A stretch of DNA of 64,000 bases from Vezdaea acicularis (lineage: Eukaryota): the NCBI GenBank assembly GCA_026025075.1, contig JAPEUI010000016.1:62001-126000 (forward strand). Reading direction: 5' to 3'. The notes under the pieces are model-generated. The model was not told where the DNA came from and did not search any database. It worked only from the letters and a program-made list of their open reading frames with translations. The position numbers and the translations under genes are program-made. The first letter of the stretch is position 1, and every line of letters begins with the position of its first letter. Positions 23,163 through 33,602 of the stretch are shown piece by piece.

Positions 23163-26100
23163 ATGCTCTCGAGGGGTAACAGTACCTCTGCCTCTCGACT
23201 TCGGCGTGCTAAGTCTTCATCCTCTGTCAAAAACCTTCGGAGGTCACCTACAAGATCAGACTCAATAGATCCCGAGATCGCCCGCCTGCACGCCTTGGCT
23301 GCGGCTTCATGTGCTTTCGAGCGTGCGGAAGGAGGAAGAAGCTCTGTTTTCGAAACCAATCCTGTTAGGAACGACAGTACTAAAAGTCAGACTGCTGCGC
23401 GATCTTATGCGCTCTCTCGGCGATCGAGCGTTCGATTTGCAGAGGAGGCCGGATTAAGAAGACGCCAATCCATTGAAGAGAGGTGCCGAGCAGGCATGAG
23501 AAGCGTAGAAGACCCCTATATGGATGCGCCTACTAAGCATCAGCGGTCCCACCAAGGATCTCCAATAAGTCGGCTAGAGAGCTACATTACGGCATCCGCA
23601 GACCTAGATCGGCTGAATATACCTGAAGATGATGTATCATCCTCACCGTCATCTTATCGACGGATCCGCAAAGCAAGATCCATGTTTTATGATACGAAGC
23701 CGTCGTCTCTCGCTTACCCAGAAACTACATCGGAAGGTTAGTGTCGAAAGATTCCTCATAGTAAGCATCTCTAATGTGATGTAGGATATCAAGGCGTAAA
23801 GTCCTTAAGAACACCAAAATCATTGTCCTTTCTGAGGGGAGGTACTGACCATTTGACGCCCTCGATCCGAAGAAACAAGGACGAAGCGATTCGAATTGCA
23901 AGGCACAAGTATTTGGAGCATCTAGAGGAACAAAGACTTAAGGAACGATCCTTTTTCGCGCTCGCCTCGACTGCAAAGCGCCGGGAAACGAAAAATTTCC
24001 GCAAGACCGTTCGAACAAATAGCCAGACCCGCTATGGCAACGCAATTGCATCTCCCAATCAGGGCCTGGAAATTCAGAAGCATGATCTTGCGTTCAAAGC
24101 ACGGAAGATCTCATTGTCGATCAGGAATCGCGTCAAAAAGGTATTTGGGGCTGCCCACAAAGAGCAAGAGAACATTCCCATTCAGCAACTTGACGCAAGC
24201 CGCGAACACTTCCGAGATTACAGTCCCGAACCCCAAGAGGCTCACCAGAACTTTAGTGGGCTTACCCCACTAGGTGATGCGGAACTACTCTGCGTCAATT
24301 CTCGTGTCCCTTCTCTGCGGTCACCCCCATCCTATGCACAAGTGAGCTCAACAGCTGCTAGCCTTCGTAGCAAACTGAGCGACGATGATGCAAGTAACGG
24401 GAAATCGCGAGTTACAAGCTGGACGGACTCAACCTCGAATAACACTTTCGCTGTTCGCCAAGCCATCGAGAAGAAACGCCTTTCTATCATCCAAGAACAA
24501 AATTTACACCAACACTCTTCTCCATCTGCAGACCATCAGGGTTACGATGCATTTCGATATTCAAAAGGAACTCAAATGGGTGCGCAAAGTCCCGTGCACG
24601 TCGATAGCAGGACTGTATATGAGGCACTGAGGCAGCGGATAGATGGGGCTAGTCAGCAGGAGAGTTCCGAAACTCTCCAACATTCTTTCAACGATCAGAA
24701 TGGTGAACAAGGGTATGGCATGAACCATATGACGCATCCCCAAAGCAGGAATCTCAAGCAAAGCACGCCCATAACAGTCCGGCGAGTCATCAGTGACTCC
24801 CCTAATACAGTAACAAGAGCACATCCCGTGAGATTAACCAAGTCAATCATATTCCACCCGAAACCTCCCCTTTATGAAGACGACGTCTTCTTTCCCGAAA
24901 AAGATAACGACTTTCATACTTTTATCGAGCAGCAAGATCGTTCTTTGAGTGAGAGCACCAATGGAAGCGTTCTGAGGCCGACTTTGGACCGTGAATCTCA
25001 ATTTGTTTCCGCACCAACACGTCGGGCTTCTCACAGAACTCTGACTCCTCAGCACGTCTCGGATTATCTTGAAGAACAAGATACATCTCAGAAGCCAGGA
25101 ACTCTTCCGCGTGAGGCCCAGTCCTCATTCTTCCCTTACCCTGGCGGCGTAAAGGCTCCTACTCCGAGCCCGTATAGGCGAGCAATGAACTTGAGCAACA
25201 CCAAAGCCATCGAACTTGACGATACCGAGTCTCTGGAGAGCATTCGAATGGATGAAAGCGCAACACTTAGCCCTGGCACTCAACGGAGAATCACGACAGG
25301 CTCAAGCAGTGTGTACTCTCGAACTACGAGCGGGAATACTCCAAATCATGGGCATGACGGGGTTCCTCTGGACGATCTAGAGGGCACTCAGGGCACTGCA
25401 ACAATCATAGTTGATAACTTAGTCCAACGTAATGATAGGACTCAGGAGCTAAAGAGCCGGGGTCACTCTTCACGAGCTTCGAGTGGTGAATGGAGAAAGT
25501 GGATGTCAGCTCAAGTCGCCCATCTAGAAAGACAAGCGGAGAGCTTCCAGCTCATCAGCCGTCTCAAGCCTTTCCGACACAATCGAGAAAACGCTCAGAT
25601 CAGCGGCGATGACACGGAGATCGGCGATCTTCAGACAAACAAGCAACCACTTGCAGCCATGCACGTTAACGTTCCCCCAAGATCTTTCACAGAGAGCAAG
25701 GCTGCCCCTCAAACAAACCCTCAAGGAGACAAGCGCTCTGCTTCGGTACAGCCCCATCTGATGCAGCACCAGCTTTCATATGATGCCTTAGCACTTACGA
25801 AAGACAAGCCTAACACTTCTAATGCTACTTATCAATTCATGCCTATAATCAGACAGATAAAGTCTCATGGCTCATTCAGGTCTAGTTCAGGTGCCAGCTC
25901 AAACCAGCAGCTTAGAGGACAGGGCACTGCAAAAAGGAGCTCCGTCAATGGCTCAGCATCCTCAAAACCTGTGTCACGAACGCGATCGAACGCAACACTT
26001 CGCCTACACTTCAAGCCAAAGTATGAAGGAGCTGCAAAGGATAGCAATGACTATTCCCCACCTTACGACTTTGAGGATGGATTGGGTCCAATCGTCGATG

Positions 26101-26306
26101 GTCGCCTAGGGTCACTCAATTCTCAAGGAAACGTTGAGAACCAGGACCCGAGCTTGCGAAATGATCATGCCCCTGAGGGTTCTGGGCTGATGGGCCCTTA
26201 TATGGATGCCAGTCTGCGAGATAGACGCATGGTCGACCTATTCCTTAGTGGCCGCCGCAGCCAAATGAGGATTAGTGAAGAGAGCGGAACGACTGCTTTT
26301 GTATGA
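23163..26306 (+). CDS. Hypothetical Ser/Arg-rich, largely disordered protein (~1030 aa, 2 exons)
   Basis: ORFs 23163-23741 and 23823-26306 are joined by intron 23737-23784 in frame. Short conserved-looking islands: SSYRRIRKARSM, SRVTSWTDS, EWRKWMS, HNRENAQI and RRMVDLFLSGRR. Confidence 0.8.
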
Positions 26307-27005
26307 AATTGTTACCTTACAGCACATCTCACTAGATCTTGTATAGAAAGCTGCATGCAAGCAGCGCTAAGGAAGCAATAAGGGCCGCATGTAGCTGTGG
26401 AACTGCTTTTGCGATTACCTACCATTCATATCACCGCCAATCGCTAGTTCTCAACCTTCATAAAGGGTTCAATAAATCAGATAAATTATCGCTGAAGCAA
26501 TGAGCTCTCGGAGAATGATAGAGGGCTATTATATCATAGATTATGTTACCGGAAACGCTGTGGTCTTCATATGCTGGTCTCATGAACGATCACTTCGCGA
26601 TAAGCCCGCTAAGCTTGGGCTCGCGTCGGCAGCTCCCGTATGTAGTCATGGCACCAATATCCCGAAGATGACGCCAATTGAAAACCTTGGAAACAAGGTC
26701 GCCGGCGGGATTTCCTGCGCCCAAGTTGTTGGAGCGAGCAGACGTCTGCTCGCTCGACGTTGACTCACTGATGTAGTCGACTGAGGTTCGCAGGTGTTGA
26801 GCCTGCGATGCTCAGAACCCTGGCTGCTGCCTGACTCACTCACCAGCCCCCGCTTTTCAGCCTATCGACGCCTGGTTGACCATCGTGGTATTTACCCCGC
26901 TGTCCGCCACTACTTGCATGTCAGAGTCCCCCAATCTGATATCATTGATATCTTCTTGCAACCTCACGGTTGTCTTTCCAAAACCTACAATCTTCTGGTC
27001 AGCTC

Positions 27006-29472
27006 ATGGCTGCCTCCAAGCCCTTCTCGGAGCCTGAGCTCCTCCATCTACCAGGCACGACACTTGAAGGTGGAGGCCAACTTATTCGTATCGCTCTAGG
27101 TCTGTCTGCACTAACCCGCATTCCTCTCCGCATTTCCGCCATTCGAGGCAACCGACCTCGTGGCGGGGGGTTGAAAGCGCAACATCTCGCAAGCCTCAAT
27201 TGGCTTGCTCAGGCCTGTGGCGCGAAAGTCAAGGGCGATTTCCTAGCGAGTCGGGACGTTGAATTCTTTCCCGGCTGTATGAAAGGAGTATTGGGCAAAG
27301 AGAAAATCATTAATGGCAAACCGGTCGTTTGTATCGAAGTCAGCGCCGGCGGGATGGGGAGTGTGAGCTTGGTGCTGCAAGCCATTCTCCCATATATCCT
27401 CTTCGGAGCACCTCTTTCCAACACTAAGGCTTCCTCTGGCTCAGCTGCAAGTTCTCCGAAAGCGAAAAGACGCTCTGTGGAACGATCGGAGCAGATCGTG
27501 CTAATCATTACTGGTGGTACGAATGTCTCATTCTCGCCAAGCTATGAGTATGTCTCCCAGGTGCTTCTACCAACGCTTGAGCGCATCGGAATACCTCGCA
27601 TAACTTCCCATCTGCACCAACGCGGGTGGTCTATTGGGCCGCAGTCCCGTCATGGACAGTATCAGGAAGCCGAAGTGGGTAAGGTTTCCTTTACGATCCA
27701 GCCTTTGCCCTCAGGCACGCCCCTCGCCAATTTCAACCTTAACGGGGGCACTGGGAAGCTGCGGAAGCTCGAAGTATCAATGATAGCCGAGATACGACTT
27801 CGGTGCACGATCAAGGAGAAGTTGCGCGACGAGCTGAGGACGCGGTATCCGGCTCTCAAGTGGGAGGAAGATGTAAACTTCAAGATTGATGAAGATAGTG
27901 GCCACGGAAAGAGGATATATCTGCTTCTAGTTGCCATAACTGATGAAGGGCACAGGCTTGGATTCGATGCTCTAGGCTTTAAGAAGAGGCAATGGGTCCC
28001 TGAATTCGTTCAGGGTGTCATCTGGAAGATGACTAACGCTCTGAGGAATGGAGCTGCAGTCGATGAGCACATGAGCGATCAGCTGGTTGTGTATCAAGCG
28101 TTGGCCAATGGACGGAGCTTTGTTGATAGCAAGGTTGACGACGGTAAGGCTGACGAGGGAATCAAACCGACTCTACACACTCAAACAGCTAGATGGGTGG
28201 CAGAAAAGGTTCTTGGTGTTGAATTCAACCATCTAGGGGTATGCGAAGGTAGTGGGCTCCAGCGAGGGAAGCCTTTTCACAAAGAAGCCCAACCGCGAAT
28301 AGCAGCTACCAGCGAGAATCATGACGAGCTGCAACCACACGAAGAACCATGCATCAGAACCGAGCAGGCCGGGTTTATATCAGCTATAGGGGGGAGTCTT
28401 TACGAGTTGCAACGGCACGAGGAAGCATATACTGGAACTGCCCAAGCCGAGGAAGTGGAGAAGACTGAATATGTATGCATGCTAGATCAAAAGGATAGAA
28501 TGCGGCTTGAGGCGAAGTGGGAAAATATGGTAGCAGTCGCACCAAATGATTATGAGCACGATCCTGAATATTTCGTGTCACTTTTCGAAGAGCTGATGGC
28601 GCCGGGCTATATCACTTACGCTAGAGGTGAATGGCTTGTTGAGCGGATCAAGCAACATATCATTGGCAACCAGATGCCCCTTTCCAAAGGGACCTTGATG
28701 GAATCCGTTGAGGCCTATTGCGCCATTAAAGCGAGGTATACGGTGCTGAAACTCTACGATAGAGTTTGGGAAGGAGCGAATTATCATAGGAAGATCGTGC
28801 TTAACAACACCTACAGCACTTTCGGGGACGAGAAGCCAGGTCATGCAGGTAAGGATGTATACTATGAAAAGTAGAAGCGCCAGCTGACCGCAGGTGATAG
28901 AAGATCCTTGGTTCCCTGTCCGAAATACTGAGAGTATTACGGTCTCCGCCAGCTGGGCAGATGGGCACACCCACTGGATCGTCTTCGAACACGAGCAGAA
29001 CGGCGTCAAGCTGGCATACACCATCCGTTGCGACGTCGAAAAGATCGACCTCTCCGACCTCACCGAAGCGGTCAAAACGGAATGGTGCGCCTACCCATCG
29101 GCATACTGCGCGGAAAACGAATACCGCGGGAATCGTTTTGAGTACGAAAACGAGTGTAACAACGTAGGCTGGGCCCTCGCTCGCCTGAACCCTTGCCTAC
29201 GGGGGAAACGAGCACTTATACTGAAGGCCGTGGTTGCGTGGCAGAAGGCACAGGAGAATCTGCTACTTGAGAATGTGACTGCGGCTGGTGGTGACGCTCA
29301 GCAATCGTTGCTTCCCCAGCAGCAACGTGAGCTGGTGCCATCTGGCCAGGAGAACCAGGATCAGGCGAGTAGCAAGGCTGCCGAGGCCGACCCGGCTGAT
29401 GATGAGGTATTGGTGGACAATTCGGATGATGAATGGGAGGTCGTGGACGGTCTCAAGGATCTAAAGGTCTAA
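27006..29472 (+). CDS. RNA 3'-terminal phosphate cyclase (RtcA-type) with a long C-terminal extension and an appended conserved fungal domain (2 exons, ~804 aa)
   Basis: GTTLEGGGQLIR, IRGNRPRGGGLKAQHL, GSVSLVLQAILP, ITGGTNVSFSP, VDEHMSDQL and catalytic-His motif TLHTQT. Proposed intron 28849-28900 joins ORF 28894-29472 in frame. The cyclase call is firm; the fusion is less certain. Confidence 0.8.
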
Positions 29473-29830
29473 TTTGGATTTGGTCCAATTCGGGTTTCTG
29501 CTGGCTATGCGTAAGGTAATCAGCTTATTGGTGGCATAAATTTGGGTATCTCGTGCTTATCAGCTGGATTGGTGATAGGAGGAAAGCTGTCTGGGTGGGT
29601 ATATGGGGAACGCGATCTCAATCTACATGGCATTCTTGCGTAGGCGTTGTCGTCATCTGGAGCTTCCAGTATGGTTTATGATTACTCCTGCGCTGGTATA
29701 GGCTTCTTTACGACGTGGGATCCTCAGAATATAACGTTTCTTGAATTCAAAATTGTTTCGCCGGTCAATTTGCATTCAAGATTGAAGTGATTTAGGCGTT
29801 TTAAGTGCTTATAGCGCTCCTCGAGAACGC

Positions 29831-30030
29831 AACGCAAAAACCTTACTCACGTGCTCCCCTCTCTCTCTCACGTGATGTTTGACTTTCTGCAACACTCCTC
29901 TCAACGAACGATGCAGCTCCAGCTGCGGCTCCCCTGCCGGGGCCCTGCGATCCATAATGCCCTCATCTTGAAGGTCGCTAACGCAACACAAAAACCACAC
30001 CCTCACGTGCTCTTCCCATTCGATCACGTG
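29831..30030. promoter_or_regulatory. Four TCACGTG E-box (Cbf1-type bHLH) sites in two duplicated modules upstream of ESF2
   Basis: TCACGTG at 29847, 29868, 30003 and 30024. Each pair is spaced 21 bp and preceded by aacgcaa..caaaaacc. Confidence 0.65.
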
Positions 30031-30209
30031 TATAGACTTTTTGTGTTACGATTATCGGACGTTGCGGAAGTTGCTGCGGGACTCCTGCGGCACGCTTGCG
30101 AGCGCTTGAAGCGCCGATAGTTATCGCTTCATGAATTTTGGCTCAACCTTTTGACTTGAGTTGAGAATCCACTACATCTTCTGCCCCACAACAGGATTTG
30201 TGCTGCAAA

Positions 30210-31232
30210 ATGGCATCCGCGAAACGCAAGAACGACTTCCTTGATACTCACGACAGCGACTCTTCCGACGGCGAAGCCGGCTACGACTCTGAAGAGCTTG
30301 CAGAAAGCAGAGCGGCACAGGTATCCCGTACCTCAAAACGACGAAGAGTGTCCCGCTCCGCCTCCCCCGAATCCAATGCCGAAGACAGCCATGCTGAGGA
30401 AGAAGAAAAGGACGTGAATAGTGATACCTCAAAGCCAAATGATGATGGAAGGCTCTCCCCAACAGCGCCACCTAGCAAGAACCCCAGCTCTATCAAACCC
30501 AAGCCCCTCACCACCAAATCGCTCACCCGCACCAACACTGCCGCCAAAAGGACAGGCGTCATCTACCTCTCCCGCATTCCCCCCTTCATGAAACCCTCCA
30601 CCCTCCGCTCCCTCCTTAGCCACCACGGCGCGCTCGGCCGAATCTTCCTCGCGCCCGAAAGCCCCGCCTCGCACCACTCACGCGTGCGATCTGGAGGCAA
30701 CAAGAAGAAAGCATACACCGACGGCTGGGTAGAGTTTCTTTCAAAAGCCGATGCCAAGCGCGTGGCCGAGACGCTGAATGCGCAGATCATTGGCGGCCGT
30801 AAAGGGGGGTGGTATCATGATGATCTCTGGAATATCAAGTATTTAAAGGGCTTCAAGTGGGCGAATCTAACGGAGCAGATCGCGAATGAGAATGCGGAGA
30901 GGGAGGCTAGAATGAGGCTTGAGATTGGACGGCAGAGGAGGGAAGAGAAGGTGTTTGTGAGGGGCGTTCAGAGGGCGAAGGTTGAGCGGCGGAGGGAGGA
31001 GAAGAGGAAGAGGCGGGTGGAGAGGGGGAAGGTGGTTGTGGATGTTGGTGGAAACAAGGGAGATGGTGGGGCGAATGAAGTGCAGGAGTTGCCGGTGTTG
31101 GAGTCAAAGAGGAGTGGTGGGGGGAAGAAAAACATGGGGTTCCGGCAGACTAAGGTTCTGAGGAAGGGCCAGGATACATCAGGGGAAAGGGGGCGGGAGT
31201 CGGTCAGGGACGTTCTGGCGAAGATTTTTTGA
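30210..31232 (+). CDS. ESF2: Pre-rRNA-processing protein Esf2 (ABT1 family, RRM)
   Basis: TGVIYLSRIPPFMKP, GRIFLAPE, GGNKKKAYTDGWVEF and IIGGRKGGWYHDDLWNIKYLKGFKWANLTEQI. Confidence 0.95.
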   Translation: MASAKRKNDFLDTHDSDSSDGEAGYDSEELAESRAAQVSRTSKRRRVSRSASPESNAEDSHAEEEEKDVNSDTSKPNDDGRLSPTAPPSKNPSSIKPKPLTTKSLTRTNTAAKRTGVIYLSRIPPFMKPSTLRSLLSHHGALGRIFLAPESPASHHSRVRSGGNKKKAYTDGWVEFLSKADAKRVAETLNAQIIGGRKGGWYHDDLWNIKYLKGFKWANLTEQIANENAEREARMRLEIGRQRREEKVFVRGVQRAKVERRREEKRKRRVERGKVVVDVGGNKGDGGANEVQELPVLESKRSGGGKKNMGFRQTKVLRKGQDTSGERGRESVRDVLAKIF

Positions 31233-31402
31233 CAGGATATGTTTGCGTCGATCCATCTAGATTTAATATTTTTGTCACGCTATGGTAGCTGAACTCGAGG
31301 TACATGCTACGAACGCCAAGCAGTGCTTTGCAAATCCCACCTCATCCTATGCTGTAGTCCGTAAGATCTAAAACGCCACCTCCTGCATAGATGTCGAACA
31401 AC

Positions 31403-33076
31403 TCACACCTCGTCCTCCTCCTTTTCCTCTACGTTCAGATCTTCAAACTCATCCAGCAGCTCATCAATCTCAATCTTCGGAACCTCATCATCTTCCGTAC
31501 CGTCCTCACTCTCGACTTCCATGGCTGCTGCTCCCCCATCCACCACCTTCTTCTCGCCCTCCTGGATGACACCCTCCATCCTGCCCTCTCTGAACCCCTT
31601 GTTGCTGTTTTTGTACAACTGTAATACGTTCCTCAACTCAGCATCCTCCTCCACATCCCTCAAGAACATTTCATAATCCCTCTCCATCTTATCTTGATCC
31701 TGTTTCTTCGGCAGGAGCTCGCCCTCGTCCTTTGCCATCCGCTTGAGCCTCCAGGTGCGGCCCTTTGTGCCCTTCTTCTTGCGCGCGTAGAACTTCTTGA
31801 CGAGCACTACGTCCGGCAACGTGCTCGCCAGACTGCTGCTCTTCTCTAGCGCCTCGTAGGCCGGATTGTTGAAGTTCGTCCCTGCCAGATGATATCCTAG
31901 AACGCTGTCGCCAACCTTCAGAAGGTTGCCCAGATGCGTTCTGGTGAAGTAGGTCACATCGTTCCGTCCTAGATCGCTCGCGCGCGCCACCGTCGCCTCG
32001 GCCAGCGCCCACCGACCCTTCGTCACGCCCAACATCTCGATATCCATTACGACATACTCGACTAGCTCGCTAACCTCTGCAAGGCTTGTGAACGGTGCCC
32101 GCCAGTACTGTGGTGTTGCGACGTCGGCTGTATGCAGTGTGCGAGGGTCGAGAAGGTTGATTGCTGTTCCAATACGGTGGCAGAGCGCAAGAGGAGCGAT
32201 ATTGCCAATACTATGCGCGAGCTTGACGGGAAGAGCTACAAGATCATCTTTGCAGATGGGGATGAGCTCGACTGAATATGAGAATTTGTACGACTTTGTC
32301 GCCGAATGGATGTCCACGCTGATCAACTCCTGGCTCTTCTTTGTTCGTACTGGCGCCACACTGTTCAGAAAGTCTACAAACTTCTCAGCATGATTCCGTG
32401 CTGCAAAATAGAAGTCTAGCCCATCCTTTGCCTCCTTGATATTGATTGTGTCTCGATGAGCGCCGTGCTTGAGGATAAGCTGCTCGAGAAAGAGGAATGT
32501 CCGTTTATGCGTGACCTTCTGCCGGACTTGGACGCAGGCTCGCCAGGTATTGTGTGTGTAGGACTTGGCACATTCAGGGCATTGCTGCGTGGCAACTACG
32601 TATTCGACTTCGAAGCTTTGCTGGAGTATCGTGCTTTCGAACGCTTCTTGTTGCACGGTGAGCCGTACTTTTATTCGCCGTGAGTGGGGTTCTGTCCATA
32701 TAAAGCTTGCGTCTATGATCCGGACTTTTGTTAATCCTCGCAGCTTGCGGAGGCAGAGTGCGAGGAGCTCTCGTGATTCGGGCGCTGCGACCAACCAATG
32801 CTGTGGTGGCTGCAGCCATCGGTCGCAGTCGCGGCAGAAATGGAGGGTAGCTTCTCGTGGGATGCCGCTGGAGATGTCGATGGTGAGCTTTATACAGTCG
32901 TGGCAGAGGGCGCCTGCGGAGGTCGTGCCGTCTATGGGGGCGCCGCAGTTGTAGCAAAGAATTCTGGAACGGTTAGCGGGGTACGGACGAAGAATGGCAG
33001 CGACGAACGTTGCAGCTCCTGTCTTGCTAGCAGGTAGAGCCGGGACAGGAACCGGAGTATCAAGGTCCATGGACAT
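31403..33076 (-). CDS. NMD3: 60S ribosomal export adaptor Nmd3 (2 exons)
   Basis: ILCYNCG, CRDCDRWLQPP, ESRELLALCL, DASFIWTEPHSRRIK, QCPECAKSYT, VQVRQKVTHKRTF and an acidic NES-like tail. Start MSMDLD at 33076; 45-nt intron 32964-33008. Confidence 0.96.
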   Translation of the reverse strand: MSMDLDTPVPVPALPASKTGAATFVAAILRPYPANRSRILCYNCGAPIDGTTSAGALCHDCIKLTIDISSGIPREATLHFCRDCDRWLQPPQHWLVAAPESRELLALCLRKLRGLTKVRIIDASFIWTEPHSRRIKVRLTVQQEAFESTILQQSFEVEYVVATQQCPECAKSYTHNTWRACVQVRQKVTHKRTFLFLEQLILKHGAHRDTINIKEAKDGLDFYFAARNHAEKFVDFLNSVAPVRTKKSQELISVDIHSATKSYKFSYSVELIPICKDDLVALPVKLAHSIGNIAPLALCHRIGTAINLLDPRTLHTADVATPQYWRAPFTSLAEVSELVEYVVMDIEMLGVTKGRWALAEATVARASDLGRNDVTYFTRTHLGNLLKVGDSVLGYHLAGTNFNNPAYEALEKSSSLASTLPDVVLVKKFYARKKKGTKGRTWRLKRMAKDEGELLPKKQDQDKMERDYEMFLRDVEEDAELRNVLQLYKNSNKGFREGRMEGVIQEGEKKVVDGGAAAMEVESEDGTEDDEVPKIEIDELLDEFEDLNVEEKEEDEV

Positions 33077-33602
33077 GATCACGGTATGTTTGCGCTTTGA
33101 GATGGTAGTATGAACGGAAAGGAGAAACGCTGTAGATTGTTGTAATCGAGGCCAAAAATTTGGAGGGGGTTGTAAAGTTCGCCCCTCCGTCATTCGCGCG
33201 GTGGGAGATTGGTCAGCCCTATCGACAAGCTCCCAATGGAACCCAGAAACCACTAAACCCAAGCTCGGTTTCCTTAGACTTCCCTGTAAGCTTCAATTTA
33301 AGTAACAAACTAGGCGTTTTTTTCCGGAAGACTCATAGACTTGCGTATTGAGCAAACCATACCCAATCAACGTCATGCTGGTGACTCCAGTAGCAGATGC
33401 GGGAGATGACTGGCCGGATGGTTCGGTCGCTAAGGACGGATGTCGGCCCAATCCAGCACCGTCACCGCCGTCATGATGCCTTGGCCCCCATTGCTAAGCA
33501 CAAGCTCCGTCGACATGCCAACATCATGACCGACGGGGCGTGTGCTTACACCCCGCACCGCTGATTTTTATGTGAGACGGCCATGCCAATCGGTTCGTAA
33601 AG

